Source: the human T2T-CHM13v2.0 reference genome, Homo sapiens. Taken from it: a stretch of 64,000 nt of DNA. The stretch is taken from the NCBI RefSeq assembly GCF_009914755.1, contig NC_060938.1. One strand, written 5' to 3'. Position numbers and translations under genes: made by a program. The notes beneath the pieces are model-generated. The model searched no databases. It saw only the letters and a program-made list of their open reading frames with translations, and had not been told where the DNA came from. Below, one piece after another: positions 63,861 to 64,000 of this stretch. The stretch's first letter is position 1, and each line of letters begins with the position of its first letter.

Positions 63861-64000
63861 TAAAATTCCATAAAACATACATGTTCATTGAGAAGGCATT
63901 CACTATAAGCCTTTTGATGTACATCCTTCTAGACTTTTTGTAATTATATATAAATATACAATTACTAAATTAGCTTATTATGAATATTGTTTTTTAATCT

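Overview
Human genomic DNA: an AluYa5 with all five diagnostic sites points to human. It is AT-rich and repeat-dense. The minus strand carries the 3' three-quarters of C14orf39/SIX6OS1, a synaptonemal-complex central-element gene. Fourteen coding exons (about exons 5-18, 62693 down to the TGA at 21150) were walked by hand. All have GT-AG boundaries with consistent phases and total 1531 coding nt, matching the recalled 587-aa protein. The rest is mobile DNA: two full-length broken L1PA elements, two truncated L1PAs, older L1M/L2/MIR, about 8 Alus, LTRs (MLT1, MLT2, MER4, LTR47-like), DNA transposons (MADE1, MER30, MER58) and a 1.6-kb AT-rich VNTR. I see no wholly new gene system. Best observations: (1) a perfect 198-bp gene-conversion tract between two inverted L1s of different subfamilies that bracket 11 exons; (2) intron 7 has U12-type splice signals; (3) the 3'UTR's only canonical AATAAA comes from the very start of a solo LTR; (4) an intronic L1 ORF0 is extended and in phase with the last exon; (5) the AT VNTR is quasi-palindromic and bounded by inverted repeats. 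Repeat subfamily names, exon numbers and variant names are recalled, not looked up.
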